The translations under genes were made by a program, and so were the position numbers. Below are positions 17,703 through 34,451 of a stretch of DNA of 64,000 nt, one piece after another. Position 1 is the stretch's first letter, and each line of letters opens with the position of its first letter. The stretch comes from the human T2T-CHM13v2.0 reference genome, Homo sapiens, in assembly GCF_009914755.1 (NCBI RefSeq), contig NC_060932.1; one strand, 5' to 3'. The notes under the pieces are model-generated. The model was not told the origin of the DNA, did not search any database, and worked only from the letters and a program-made list of their open reading frames with translations.

Positions 17703-18561
17703 CTGAAACAGAAAAAAGTGGGGATGTATTAAATAACAGAGTATGTTATTAACAAAACTGGAAAAGTTACTTAGCAATTCAATTTGCCACGCTAATTTGT
17801 TTATGGCTGAATGAGAGCTTGTGTTTCATGGCTGACAGACAAGTTTATTATTCTGTGACCCCACTGACTGATAGTGGTGGAAAGGAGAGCCAACTGTTAC
17901 TAGAAAGATGCCATATAAGCCCCAGATGGCTCACTAAGTAGACTGTTTTCTAAAAATACACTTTAAACTTTGAATTTCATTTACGGAGCACACACATTTA
18001 TATAAGCTTGTCTGGGAGGGGAGCTAACATTTATTGAATATCTGCATTTGCCAATTCTTTTGCAAATATATATTTTAATTCTCACCATAATCTTAAAAGG
18101 AAAATATTTTAATTCCCAAATTTTACTGATCAGAAAGCAGTGTGCTCACAATACCTTCACAAGACATTTCCTGTCTATAAGTAAAATGTTCCAGGAAACA
18201 TGCTTTAAATCTTTATTTAATAGAAATTTGCATATGGAAATTCTACTCATTTGCCATTTTTCTAGATAAAAAGCTATAGCTTAATAGAATAAATCTCTTA
18301 AGTTTTTCTTTATCTCACAACAGGGCACATTTTGAGATGGTATTTACATGGCAATATAAGACTCTTGAATAACACAATCTTAAAATTGGCTACACACAGT
18401 ATGATTATGTTTTCCATATAAAAAAGCTAATCAAGTAGGATTGCTGTAAACTATGTCAACACGTAACATGAAGAGCTGTATGATTTTTAAGAGTTATTTT
18501 ACACAGGAAGGGCAGTGACACATTCTGCCTAAAATCACTTGAGGAAACACACATATTTATT

Positions 18562-18592
<31 letters not shown>
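18562..18592. repeat. (CA)n(TA)n microsatellite
   Basis: Direct reading. Confidence 0.9.
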
Positions 18593-18672
18593 AAATTTTT
18601 TTACAGTAGAATTTTAAGAGGCCACAATAAGAAACTAATAGAAAAAAGTTAATATAAAGAAAATTATTTTTA

Positions 18673-18965
18673 GGCCAGGCGCTGTGGCTCGCTCTTGTAA
18701 TCCCAACACTTTGGGAGGCTGAGGCAGGTGGATCACCTTAATAGAGTTCAAGACCAGCCTGGCCAACATGGTGAAACCCCATCTCTACTAAAAATACAAA
18801 AATTAGCCAGGTGTGGTGATGCAAGCCTGTAATCCCAGCTACTTGGGAGGCTGAAACAAGAGAATCACTTGAATCTGGGGGGTGGAGGCTGCTGTGAGCC
18901 AATATCACACCATTGCACTCCAGCCTGAGTGACAGAGTGAGACTCCATCTCAAAAAAAGAAAGAA
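18673..18965 (+). mobile_element. Alu (AluS-like) in the last intron
   Basis: Alu dimer with A tail. Confidence 0.9.
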
Positions 18966-19065
18966 AGTCATTTTTAAAAGGTCAGCATTTGGGTCCTTTG
19001 CCTCCCTATGCATACATATATCACACAGTCTCAAAGTGAATATACTTACTCTGTGCCCGTGAGTC

Positions 19066-19087
19066 TTATAAGCAGCTTTTCCTGGCC
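19066..19087 (-). CDS. TP53INP1: TP53INP1 cassette exon coding part, beta isoform C-terminus (R)ARKSCL*; full exon 19050-19087
   Basis: Acceptor catttgtag|GGCCAGGAAAAGCTGCTTATAA and donor CAGA|GTAAGT at 19050/19049; 473+22=495 nt = 164 aa. Confidence 0.92.
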
Positions 19088-19502
19088 CTACAAATGTTAA
19101 ATGGTGAACTATTAAATCACTAGTAAGATTTAAAATGCTATTGTAACTTTACTATTAGGACGTGGTCAACTTTTATTAAAACTGGTTTACTATGTGCCAT
19201 TAAAGGCACGTACATGTGCTTAAGATAACATGTAAAACCTTCAAAAACAATACTTATAAAGGCTAAAATGCAATGAAATGTATACCCTGAAGCCCACTGT
19301 AATTACAAAGCACCTCAATTTTCTGTGCTTTATGGTAATATCCCCAATGATAGACACAATGGAAGCAATCTGACTTCTGAAAGACATTTGATTCATTTCC
19401 TGCTAAGAAAACAGATATTTACTACAAAGCTAGCCTAATTTTGGTAACACCTGATTTCCACCTTGATTTAGCAAGACTTCCTTATAAGAATTTCAAATCC
19501 CT

Positions 19503-21660
<2,158 letters not shown>

Positions 21661-22070
21661 TAATTATAAATTCTTGAGTGGCATTCCTCAGAGGTAAAAT
21701 CATAATCAGAAGGGAAGAATTTTCAAGAAATGAATCTGAAGCAACTCTAAAGCAATTAAATCAATAGCAACTCCACAAAGTTATATTTTAAATTTTTGTT
21801 GGAATGCCTGAAACACCTCTTAATAAACTTGTAGCACTGAATAAAGTGCCAGTTAAAGTAACATTCCCCACCCATGACCTTACCTAGGATATAGCCTGGC
21901 ATCATGTAACATAAGAAAGTTGTTTTCATTTTGGTACAAGCAAAATGAAATATGTTTAGCCTCATAAAAAATCATCTACAATATTGAGACTTGAGAGTAT
22001 GGCAAACTCTGGTAAAGTTAATAAATTAATGTGCTGCCTAGGGTTTGTTTATATCTGGAAAACAGGAAAC

Positions 22071-22109
22071 GGTAGGTAGGTAGGTAGGTAGGTACATAGG
22101 TAGATAGAT

Positions 22110-22180
<71 letters not shown>
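22071..22180. repeat. Compound (TAGG)n(TAGA)n tetranucleotide STR
   Basis: Long, nearly pure GATA array. Confidence 0.95.
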
Positions 22181-22184
22181 TAAT

Positions 22185-25368
<3,184 letters not shown>

Positions 25369-26151
25369 TGTGATACTGTAAAATATATATTCGGTCTTGT
25401 CAGTCTCCTGGCATACAACTCCTAAAATCCTTGGAACCTCCAATGTGGAAAGCGTATGCTAATTAGTTGACTGGTGGTTGGCAGCAACTAGGCAGCTTCA
25501 GGATGGGATGTGGTCACTATAAAGACCAAGTTACAGTTGGGACTTTTAGCCCCACCCCTCAAACTCCAGAGAGGGGAGAGGGTCTGAAGGTTAAGCCAAT
25601 CACCAATGGCCAATGATTTAATCAATTATGCCTATGTACTGATGCCTCCATAAGACCCCAATAGTACTGAGTTCAGGGAGCCTCTGGAGAGCTGAACATG
25701 TGGAGGTTCCCGGAGGGTGGGGTGCACAGAGGGCATGGGCCTTGCCTTATGCATCCCTTCATCTGTATCCTTTTTAATAAACTGGTAAACATGTTCCCCC
25801 AAGTTCTATAAGATGCTCTAGCAAATTAATCAAACCCAAGGAAGGGGTCATGGGAACACCAGTTTACAGCTGGTTGGTCAGAAGCATAAGTAAAACCTGG
25901 GGCTTGAGATTGGCATCAGAAATGGGAGGCAGTCTTTTGGGACTAAGCCTTTAACCTATGGGATCTGATGCCATCTCGAGGTAGACAGTGTCAGAATTGA
26001 ATTGAATCAGAGGACACTAGAGGGTGTCCACTGCTGGAGGACTGTTTGCTTGGTGTGTGGAAAAAACCCACACATCTGGTGTCAGAAGCACTGGGTGACT
26101 GTGCAGTGTGAGTATTGCAGGAAGAAACTGAGTTTGTTAAATTCTCAGACA
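25369..26151 (+). mobile_element. MER21-like LTR (3' LTR of the element above)
   Basis: Purine-rich PPT gaagactgaggctggac followed by TGTGATACTG...ctcctaaaatccttgg; CCAAT x3 at ~25595-25615; AATAAA at 25776-25781; ends ...CA. Confidence 0.75.
25787..25806. promoter_or_regulatory. p53 response element AAACATGTTC CCCCAAGTTC (minus strand GAACTTGGGG GAACATGTTT)
   Basis: One perfect RRRCWWGYYY half-site plus an adjacent half-site with an intact CWWG core and no spacer. Matches my recollection of the reported intronic TP53INP1 p53 site. Confidence 0.8.
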
Positions 26152-26409
26152 AGGTTTTCAAGGTTACATCATTTGATGAGATGTAGCTAGAAATACTTGG
26201 AAGAAAATAAATTTTAAGACATGATATTCTAGTTGAATTTGATACCCTAAATAATCCAGTCTATAAAGTCAGAGTTATGTTCTAAGATACTTAACAGAAA
26301 TGCCAGTCTTATTTCTAATCAGTAGCAGAATTTTGTAAATGAGAATGCTATTATATAACTGGGGCCATGCTACATCTAACTTTCTTAAAAAAATCTAAAA
26401 TGAACAAGT

Positions 26410-26698
26410 TTTTGTTTTTGAGACAGAGTCTTGCTCTGTCACCCAGGCTGATGTGCAGTGGCACAATCTTGACTCAATGCAACCTCTGCCTCCTGGTTCA
26501 AGCCATCCTCCCACCTCAGCCTCCTGAGTAGCTGGGACTACAGGTGTGCACCACCACACCTGGCTAATTTTTTGTTATTTTTTATACAGACGGGGTTTCA
26601 CCATGTTGCCCAGGGTGGTCTTGAACTCCTGAGCTTAAGTGATCTGCCTGCCTTGGCCTCCCAAAGTGCTGGGATTACAGGTGTGAGACACTGTGGTC
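26410..26698 (-). mobile_element. Alu (AluJ/S-like)
   Basis: Reverse Alu consensus; aacaagtt flanks. Confidence 0.9.
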
Positions 26699-26860
26699 AA
26701 CAAGTTATCTTACGGACCATCTTGTGTACTATGCACATGCTTTCATAAATCTCTAACAAAATTAGTTTTGCATCTTCTAATAACTTAGCTTTGAATTACA
26801 GTAGAGACAAAATGCATGCTCAGTGGACTGCCTACAGAGAGTTAAATACTTGTAACGTAC

Positions 26861-27221
26861 CTGGGACTACTTGGGCTATGTAATTCATCAGTCCCACGGG
26901 TGGCCTCACTGAGACCAGGGCAGGAGTTATGCACAGCATAGACAGACATGCTGGGATGTTCAATGAGAAGGTTTTCCATAGGACTTGTTTCCACCTTGAT
27001 AGTGGTTAATCCACCTGCAGTAAAACATGGGGGTGGGGTGATAAACCAGCTCTCCTCCATTGGACATGACTCAAACTGGAGAAAGCAGGAATCACTTGTA
27101 TCAGCCAAGCACTCAAGAGATGCCGGTAAACAGGAAAAGACTGAAGGGTGCTCAGTAGGTGACTCTTCACTGATGTCCTCCTCTTCTTCTTCTTCTTCTG
27201 CTGAGAAACCAGTGCAAGTAT
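26861..27221 (-). CDS. TP53INP1: TP53INP1 coding exon 3 (361 nt; acidic/PEST region and DOR-family motif ESWFITPPPCF)
   Basis: Acceptor ctag|ATACTTGC continues the phase-1 codon G|AT (Asp); donor CCAG|GTACGT (phase 2); open throughout. Confidence 0.97.
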
Positions 27222-27446
27222 CTAGATCGTAGTCCACATTGCAGTCCACGTGTGTTGTTGAAGAGTCCCACAGGAGGATGATTATCACATTGGGCAGTCA
27301 TTATAAAGTCACCCATCAAATTCACAGCACAGAAAAAGAAGAGATGATACTATTAGCTGATGCTCACGTATCTTCTTTTATTTAGTTCAGAAACCCATTT
27401 ATATTCATCTATATGACTATAAATTTATTTCTGAGCACAGAAATTC

Positions 27447-27465
27447 TGTGTGTGTGTGTGTGTGT
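27447..27465. repeat. (TG)n microsatellite
   Basis: Direct reading. Confidence 0.85.
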
Positions 27466-27824
27466 CACTATATGGGATAGATTTATGTTGGCTTTGCAGG
27501 AGTGATTTTAAGACTGTTTCTATTCTGCTGGATAACTATGTAATGAGACATATTGGTTACTACTTGTCTAATAAAAGGGGCTTCTAATGAAGTGCCCTTG
27601 ATCTAATCAATCTGTGAGAGTTGCAAAACTAAAAAGTCTGATGTCAGTCAATTTCACTGACATTATCTAGCACAGATGGTTTCCTGCAATTTTTTAAAGA
27701 CAAACTCCTGCTTACTTTTAAGGCTGAAAACCCCTCAGTTATTGGTTTCCTTATGCAAAAACTGAGATGCAAGTTTCCATTTTTACTGTGAAGATGAACC
27801 ACCAAGTAACCAAGTGTACCTTAC

Positions 27825-27936
27825 CTATGAAGTCAACAAGAATCCATTCATCATCTTCTTTCTCATTGAATTCTGGTTCTTGGTTGGAGGAAGAACTGAC
27901 TTCACCCACAAACATTTTATTCAGCCTCTGGAACAT
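27825..27936 (-). CDS. TP53INP1: TP53INP1 coding exon 2 (aa 1-37 plus 1 nt), includes the LIR motif EDDEWILV
   Basis: ATG at 27936; 112 nt up to donor ATAG|GTAAGG (phase 1); acidic W-x-x-V LC3-interacting motif. Confidence 0.97.
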
Positions 27937-28086
27937 TGTTAAGGCAAGACTGAGAGTTTGGCTGGATGTCTTTTATAGCTGAGATTTCAAAACCTTGTCT
28001 TTAGTTGGCCCAATGGTACCGACAGGAGATTAAAGTGCACAGGGTGCTTATTCAACTTAGGTGAAAAGCAAGAAGAGTCATTGTAC
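27937..28086 (-). other. TP53INP1: TP53INP1 exon 2, 5'UTR portion
   Basis: Acceptor ctttttctgttttattttag|GTACAATG (AG at 28088-28087), leading to the main ATG in context aacaATGt. Confidence 0.88.
28052..28081 (-). other. uORF MTLLAFHLS* in exon 2 5'UTR
   Basis: ATG ACT CTT CTT GCT TTT CAC CTA AGT TGA; A at -3; ends 115 nt before the main ATG. Confidence 0.65.
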
Positions 28087-29033
28087 CTAAAATAAAACAG
28101 AAAAAGGAAGTTATTTCAAATCAGCATGCACATATATACATAAGTACATACACATACACACATACCCTTAGAAGAAAGCATATGCCTTGGCCTACATTCT
28201 ACAGCTATTCCCTTTCTGCAGGAGTCAAACACAAGAAATGCAACATAATGTTTTGTAAATACTCTTACTCAAATTCAACCTATAAATATCTTAAAATGTG
28301 AAATAAAAGGGAAAGAGTTGGTTCTTTTTCATATTTATGCTTTTATAATAAGGTGAATTTGAATAATATCCTTCAAACTTTTCTGCAAGCAGATGAGCAA
28401 ATTCTAGATAGTAACAGTCTTGCTATATGTTATTCAACTGCTCAGAAGTCCCAGCAACAGTGCCTGGTGACCACCATTATGCCAGGCCCTCATCCTCCTC
28501 TGGCTCATTTTCTCTTCTACTCTGTACTTCTTGTCTATAACTGTAAGCACACCTGATTACACTTAAAATCTGTAAGCCCAGCAAGCATACTTTGACCTTC
28601 TAAACAATTCCTACAGCTGGCATGAAGAAATTTACACTGTAGGAAACTGAGCTTGGCCAAACCTAGAACTGGAAACACCCTTCCTGTGTAGCAGCTCAGC
28701 AGGTGGGTGCTGGGTCAGCCACCTGCATTCAAACCCTGGCTAGCTGCTCACTTGCTGTGTGAGTTAGGAAGTTATGTGACTTCAGCTGGCAACAGCTCCT
28801 ACCTTAGGGAGTTCTGGTGAGTTCTAAATGAAGAACTCCAGGCTTGCTTGATCTTGGAATATTTATCCATTTCTACCTGGCTACCTGATGGGCGTATCAA
28901 ACCAAACACATACCAAAGATAGGTTTTTTACCCCCACAAACTTATTCATATACACTGCCCTTCATCCCTTTCTCAGGAAGCAGCAGCAGCTGGCAGTTAT
29001 TCAGGCCAACACCCTAGCAGTCACCCTTCACGC

Positions 29034-29332
29034 TTTTTTTTTTTTGAGACGGAGTCTTTGTCTGTTGCCCAGGCTGGAGTGCATGCAGTGAGGCGATCTT
29101 GGCTCATTCCAAGCTCTGCCTCCCGGGTTCACGCCATTCTCCTGCCTCAGCCTCCCAAGTAGCTGGGACTACAGGCGCCCACCACCACATCCGGCTAATT
29201 TCTTTTTTTTTTATTTAGTGGAGACAGGGTTTCACCATGTTAGCCAGGATGGTCTCGATCTCCTGACCTCATGATCCGCCCACCTCAGCCTCCCAAAGTG
29301 CTAGGATTACAGGCGTGAGCTGCCGCACCCGC
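29034..29332 (-). mobile_element. Alu (AluY-like)
   Basis: gggttcacgccattctcc and ttagccaggatggtctcgatc diagnostic segments. Confidence 0.9.
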
Positions 29333-29569
29333 ATGCCTTTTGCTCCCTCCTACTCACCCCTCATCCCAACCACCAAGTCCCGTCAACCCCAGGAGCACAG
29401 GCAGCTCGAATCTGCCTGCTTCCATCCACCACTCTCATCCTAGTTTAAGCCAAACTGTTGTCTCTGAGACTTTGCCAAAACTGTCTACTAGACAGTCTCC
29501 CTGATCCTACTCTTGTTAAAGGCAATGGACTTAGCAAAATACTTCGAATAAAGTCCTCAGTCCAGGTCA

Positions 29570-30490
29570 ACTATTATTCTACATGTATTTACTGAGCACC
29601 TGTTATGCATCAGGTGCAGTGCTGGGCACAGGGGAGATGGCTGTGAACAGGGCCCTCCCACAAGTTTAACAATCCAGTGTGATGAATGCCATGGAAGAAG
29701 TATTTGGTGTTCTCCAGGCTACCTGGGTGGACTCCTGCAATGACTTTACTCTTGAGTGGCTGAGGTCAGTAATGGAGGAAGGGGGCAAAGGAACACTATG
29801 GAAGCCTGTGGATGAGTGAGAATGTGGCACCTTCAGTACCGCTCAAGGTCCAGAGGGAGGGTCACAATAGCAGGCTAGGGGAGCTGAGCAGGAACCAGGT
29901 CCTGCAGGGCCTTGTAAGCCTGGAAAAGGGGAAGGGAAAAGTCAAAGACCCAGGTTTCTGGCTTGGCCAACTGAGAGGATGGTGGAACCATTTAGGGAAA
30001 CAGGAATGAATCCTGCAGAAAGTACAGGTTAGGCATTTCGAATATGGTAAATTGGGGGAATATGCAAAATAATGCAGTTGGAGATGTCCAGCAGGCAGCA
30101 GGATATAGAGCTTTGGAGCTCAGGAGTGTGGTCTCAGCTAGGGGCATAGATTTGGGAGCTGATGACACAAAGACAGTGATAAAAAGCATAGGAATGGATG
30201 AGGCTAGGTGTGGAGGCTCATGTCTGCAATCCTAGCATTTTGGGAGGCTGAGGCCACAGGAATGCTTGAGCCTAGGAGTTGGAGACCAGCCTAGGCAACA
30301 AAATAACCTGTTTCTACAAAAAAATTTTTAAAAATTAGCCAGGTACAGTGGTGTGCACCTGTAGTCCTAGCTACTTGGGAGGCTGACGTGGGAGGATCTC
30401 TTGAGTCCAGGTTCAAGGATGCAGTAAGCTATGATTGTGCCACTGTACTCCAGTGTGAGTGACACAGTGAGACCTTGTCTCAAAAAAAAG
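29570..30490. mobile_element. L2 fragments followed by a plus-strand AluJ-like element (~30202-30490)
   Basis: tatttactgagcacc...gtgctggg and ggagctcaggag...gatttgggag are L2 motifs; Alu consensus. Confidence 0.7.
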
Positions 30491-31984
30491 TTATATATAT
30501 GTATGAGATCACCCAGGGCTGAAGAAATGCACCTCACTAATCACCACCTCTTTTTATCACAAGCATCAGCCTTGAATCTACAACTTCAGGCTCCTGACAG
30601 TTCACTTTCAAAATAATCTTTAGCTGTAAAAGTAGTTGGGATCTGTAGCTAATGAGATTCCTGGTTCAGTTCCTTGTGTGTAAACTGAACTGCTACAGTT
30701 GTTTGGCACACTACTACACAAGTTAAACATTTCAAATAAATAACATTAGAACACTTTGTGGTCACAATTCATCTTCTTCAGCCACTAATTATTAAAAATA
30801 GGTAAACAGGAAGTGTCACTTGCATAACCAGTCTTCCTGAAACCTTCTGGAAAGCAGCACGGCCAAATCATGAAGGCTGGAGCTGTAGCAGAATTCAAAG
30901 TCAGCTTTATGCTCTATGTAAGAACAATCAGAAGAAAAGTGTAGTTTGTTTGACCTGCTGTGGTGTGATAGTTATATTCCAAAATAAGTTATCATAAGGT
31001 CTGATGTAAATAAAGATTTTTGAGGATACATGCTTAGAGGGAAAAACATATTTTCAAAATCCTTCCTCCATTTATTTTAAATTGTGGAGGCAGATATTGG
31101 CCCCACGTACAATTCTGTGTCTGCTGAACCAGTTGAGAGAATAAGCCCAATTCTGCAGAGCATGGTGCTGGACTCTAGCCCTGAATCAGCTAAAGCCACT
31201 GGGAGGGGAGAACCACACAGGGGAACCTTTGCTTGTCCTGAACGAATGCCTTGTCCCCAACCTGTGATGCTGCATGAGAGTAAGGCACTGGGGCCCAGGT
31301 CAGATAACTGGCAGCTGTAAGGCCAAAAAACATTGCTGGGGCCACTGCAGTTGTGACAGCTGCTGGGTTCCCACATGCAAATTGCCCCCTCTGGCCACAG
31401 GTCCAAACCCAGGAAGGCAGCTTCTGCCTGGAATATATGCAAGTAGCAAGTAAGATACAGGAAAGGCTTCTCTGGAGGAGCTTTCTAGGGAGCAGTACAA
31501 GTCAGTGCTCTTTTGGTTTCCCAAAGTCAGAGGCTGCCTCCAGATGTCCCATATCTCTGCAAGGACAACCAACCTTGGGCGACAGAGTGCTCAGAAGCCC
31601 AGCCAAGTGAGGGAGGAGCTCATCCTTCATCTCACTCAAGCCACTGCTGGTGTTTACATGGCACATCTGCTGACACCCGTGGGAAGAACACAGAATGGAG
31701 TTCCTGGGGAGGGTTAAAGGGGCCTGGCCATCCACAGCAGCAGTTCTGGCTGTGGCTCTACTACAGGTGGCTGGAGCTAAATTGGCCCTTCTGAGCTTCA
31801 GTCTCACTGTTGGGAAAATGGGGAGACTGTGCTGAATCACCTCGTCACTCTCTTTCCCCACAAACTTCTAGCACAAAAAAGTGAGGCTGGTTTAACTAGC
31901 AAAGCCAAATTCCTTTGGCCCTGCTTTCTGCAGGTGTCACAAAAGGCAAGGAGCTATTGGAGAGACCCTCCCCCCATTGCTAAA

Positions 31985-32482
31985 ACTGTCCACTGAGGTA
32001 GCCACCAGGCACACTGTGCACATGAACACTTGAAATGTGACTAGTATCATCGAGAAACTGCATTTTTCATTTTACTATTTAATCCATTTACTAAGTTTAA
32101 TCCAGTTAAACTTAAAAGCTGATAATTTAGTTTTTTGAAAACTTTCAAGTATGTTTGGAACAGTTAGGGTATGAATCTACTTTTTCACCTATAAATTTTA
32201 CGAAGTCTAAATATAGATCAAGTACTTCAAATGAAAACTTTGTATCTGAATTGAGATGTGCTGTATATGTAAAGTACACACTAGAGTGTATTTCAAAGAC
32301 TTAGTACCCCCCAAAATGCAAAACAGTTTTTATATTGATTACATGTTGAAAAAATAATTTTAGTATATTAAATACATTAATAAAATTAACTTCACCAGTT
32401 TCTTTTTCCTTTTTAAATATGGCTACTAGAAAATTCAAACATACATGTGGCTCACATTATCTATTTCTGTTGAACAGGACTG
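31985..32482. mobile_element. Charlie1/MER33-like hAT DNA transposon
   Basis: ctgtcc...gtagccac...cacttgaaatgtgactagt...gaattgagatgtgctgt...aaatatggctactagaaaatt...gtggctcacatta. Confidence 0.7.
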
Positions 32483-33374
32483 TTCTAGAAAAAGTCTTAA
32501 AGGCCTACCCTCCTACTGATGACCCAGAGACTGTCCCTGCCCAGTCACTGCTACTGTTGACCTTGGCTCCTGCCCAGGGATGGAGGCTCTCAACTGGGCT
32601 GGTTCTACATGGAGGTAAATGGAAAAGTAGAGCTTTAGACTCCTCTCCTCCCCAGATCACCACTAATATTCACAATGCTAGGGCAATCATAGAACGAAAA
32701 TAAAAATTCCAGAGAAAGCATGTGTCCTAAGAGGACAAACTTACAAATACAGTTCTGGAATTCAGCAAAGAGGTGAAGCAAAGAAGGTTAGGTGAAGTAG
32801 CGCTGTTGTTCTTTGAACAGCTTTAACCAGCGTCAGTCCAGCAGTTTCCCCGACAAGAGAAAAGAACCCCTCAATACAGAAAAGAAACAAAGTGTCTGGG
32901 CCCTAGCATTTCAAGAAGGCAGCTTTGTCCTTGTTCTGCTTGGCTCAAAAGACCTCCATCCCTCCCTTTAAAAAATAAATTATGTCTTTTCAATTATAAA
33001 CTGAACAAAACCACATTATAAAAAGTCTAGAAAATAAGAAAAATAAGTATTATTCCATTGCCTTGTTCCCACCACTTAACACATTGGTGCCTTTTCTTCT
33101 GTTTTTTTTTTCTTCTACACATAAGGCTTCTTTTTATCATAGTTATAGTCTTGTGAATGCACTGTTTTGTATCTCACTGTTACTTAACATTTTATCATCA
33201 ATGGTTTTCATATTATTACATGAGTAGAGATGCTTTGTAGGCAGAGAAAGGTGGCTGACTGAGTCTAATACTCACGGGGAAGAGCATTCTAGTTTGACCA
33301 CTTAGAAAAGGAACTGCTAATTTGGAAGATCTTGTTAGCATAATTTATTTTGTCACTTTTAAGACAGCCCACCA

Positions 33375-33880
<506 letters not shown>

Positions 33881-34451
33881 TAGAATAGCAGACCTCGGTT
33901 CATTCAAAGCCAGTTGTGAGACTGTCAACAAGTCATTTAGCATCGCTGCATTTGAGTTTCTTTATCCATAAAATGTCTACTTAATAATTAGAGCTACAAT
34001 TTACAGAATGCTTATTGTATGTAACGGGGCCTTGAAGTACTTATTTGTCCCATTTTACTGATGAGGAAACCGAGGCTGAGGAATTAACTAACTTGTTCAA
34101 AAGTGACAGAGTTGGTTGGGGTGGAGTCAGCATTAGGGCAAAAATCCATCTGATTCCAATTCCTTGTTTTCCCTATACATGCTCTTTTAGGCTCCCAGTC
34201 TCAACTATGGGTCTACGAACTTCAGAAAACAGCCCTTTTCAGTTAGTTTCAGCTGCCAGTAGGCGGCTCCAAAAAATATTAAAAAAAAAAAAAAACCCGC
34301 AAGTTTGATGATCTAACTTCTAAATCTGTGTACAGTTGTGGCTCCTTCACAGTTTCAGGAAATCAGGTGGCTAAACGTACCGTCATTGAAAAGCAGCTTC
34401 AGAATTATCCTTCTTTTTATCCCACCCTCTTCCACTACTTTAAAAACGTGC

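Noticed and set aside
17342-17752. 136-aa plus-strand ORF
   Set aside because: Antisense shadow of the last coding exon with no independent support.
26842-27288. 148-aa ORF as a stand-alone gene
   Set aside because: It is TP53INP1 exon 3 plus intronic in-frame extensions, and it starts at GTG.
31384-31402. CTCF-like GGCCAGAGGGGGCA (and a similar motif near 39045-39060)
   Set aside because: Mismatches in the core; cannot be supported without ChIP data.
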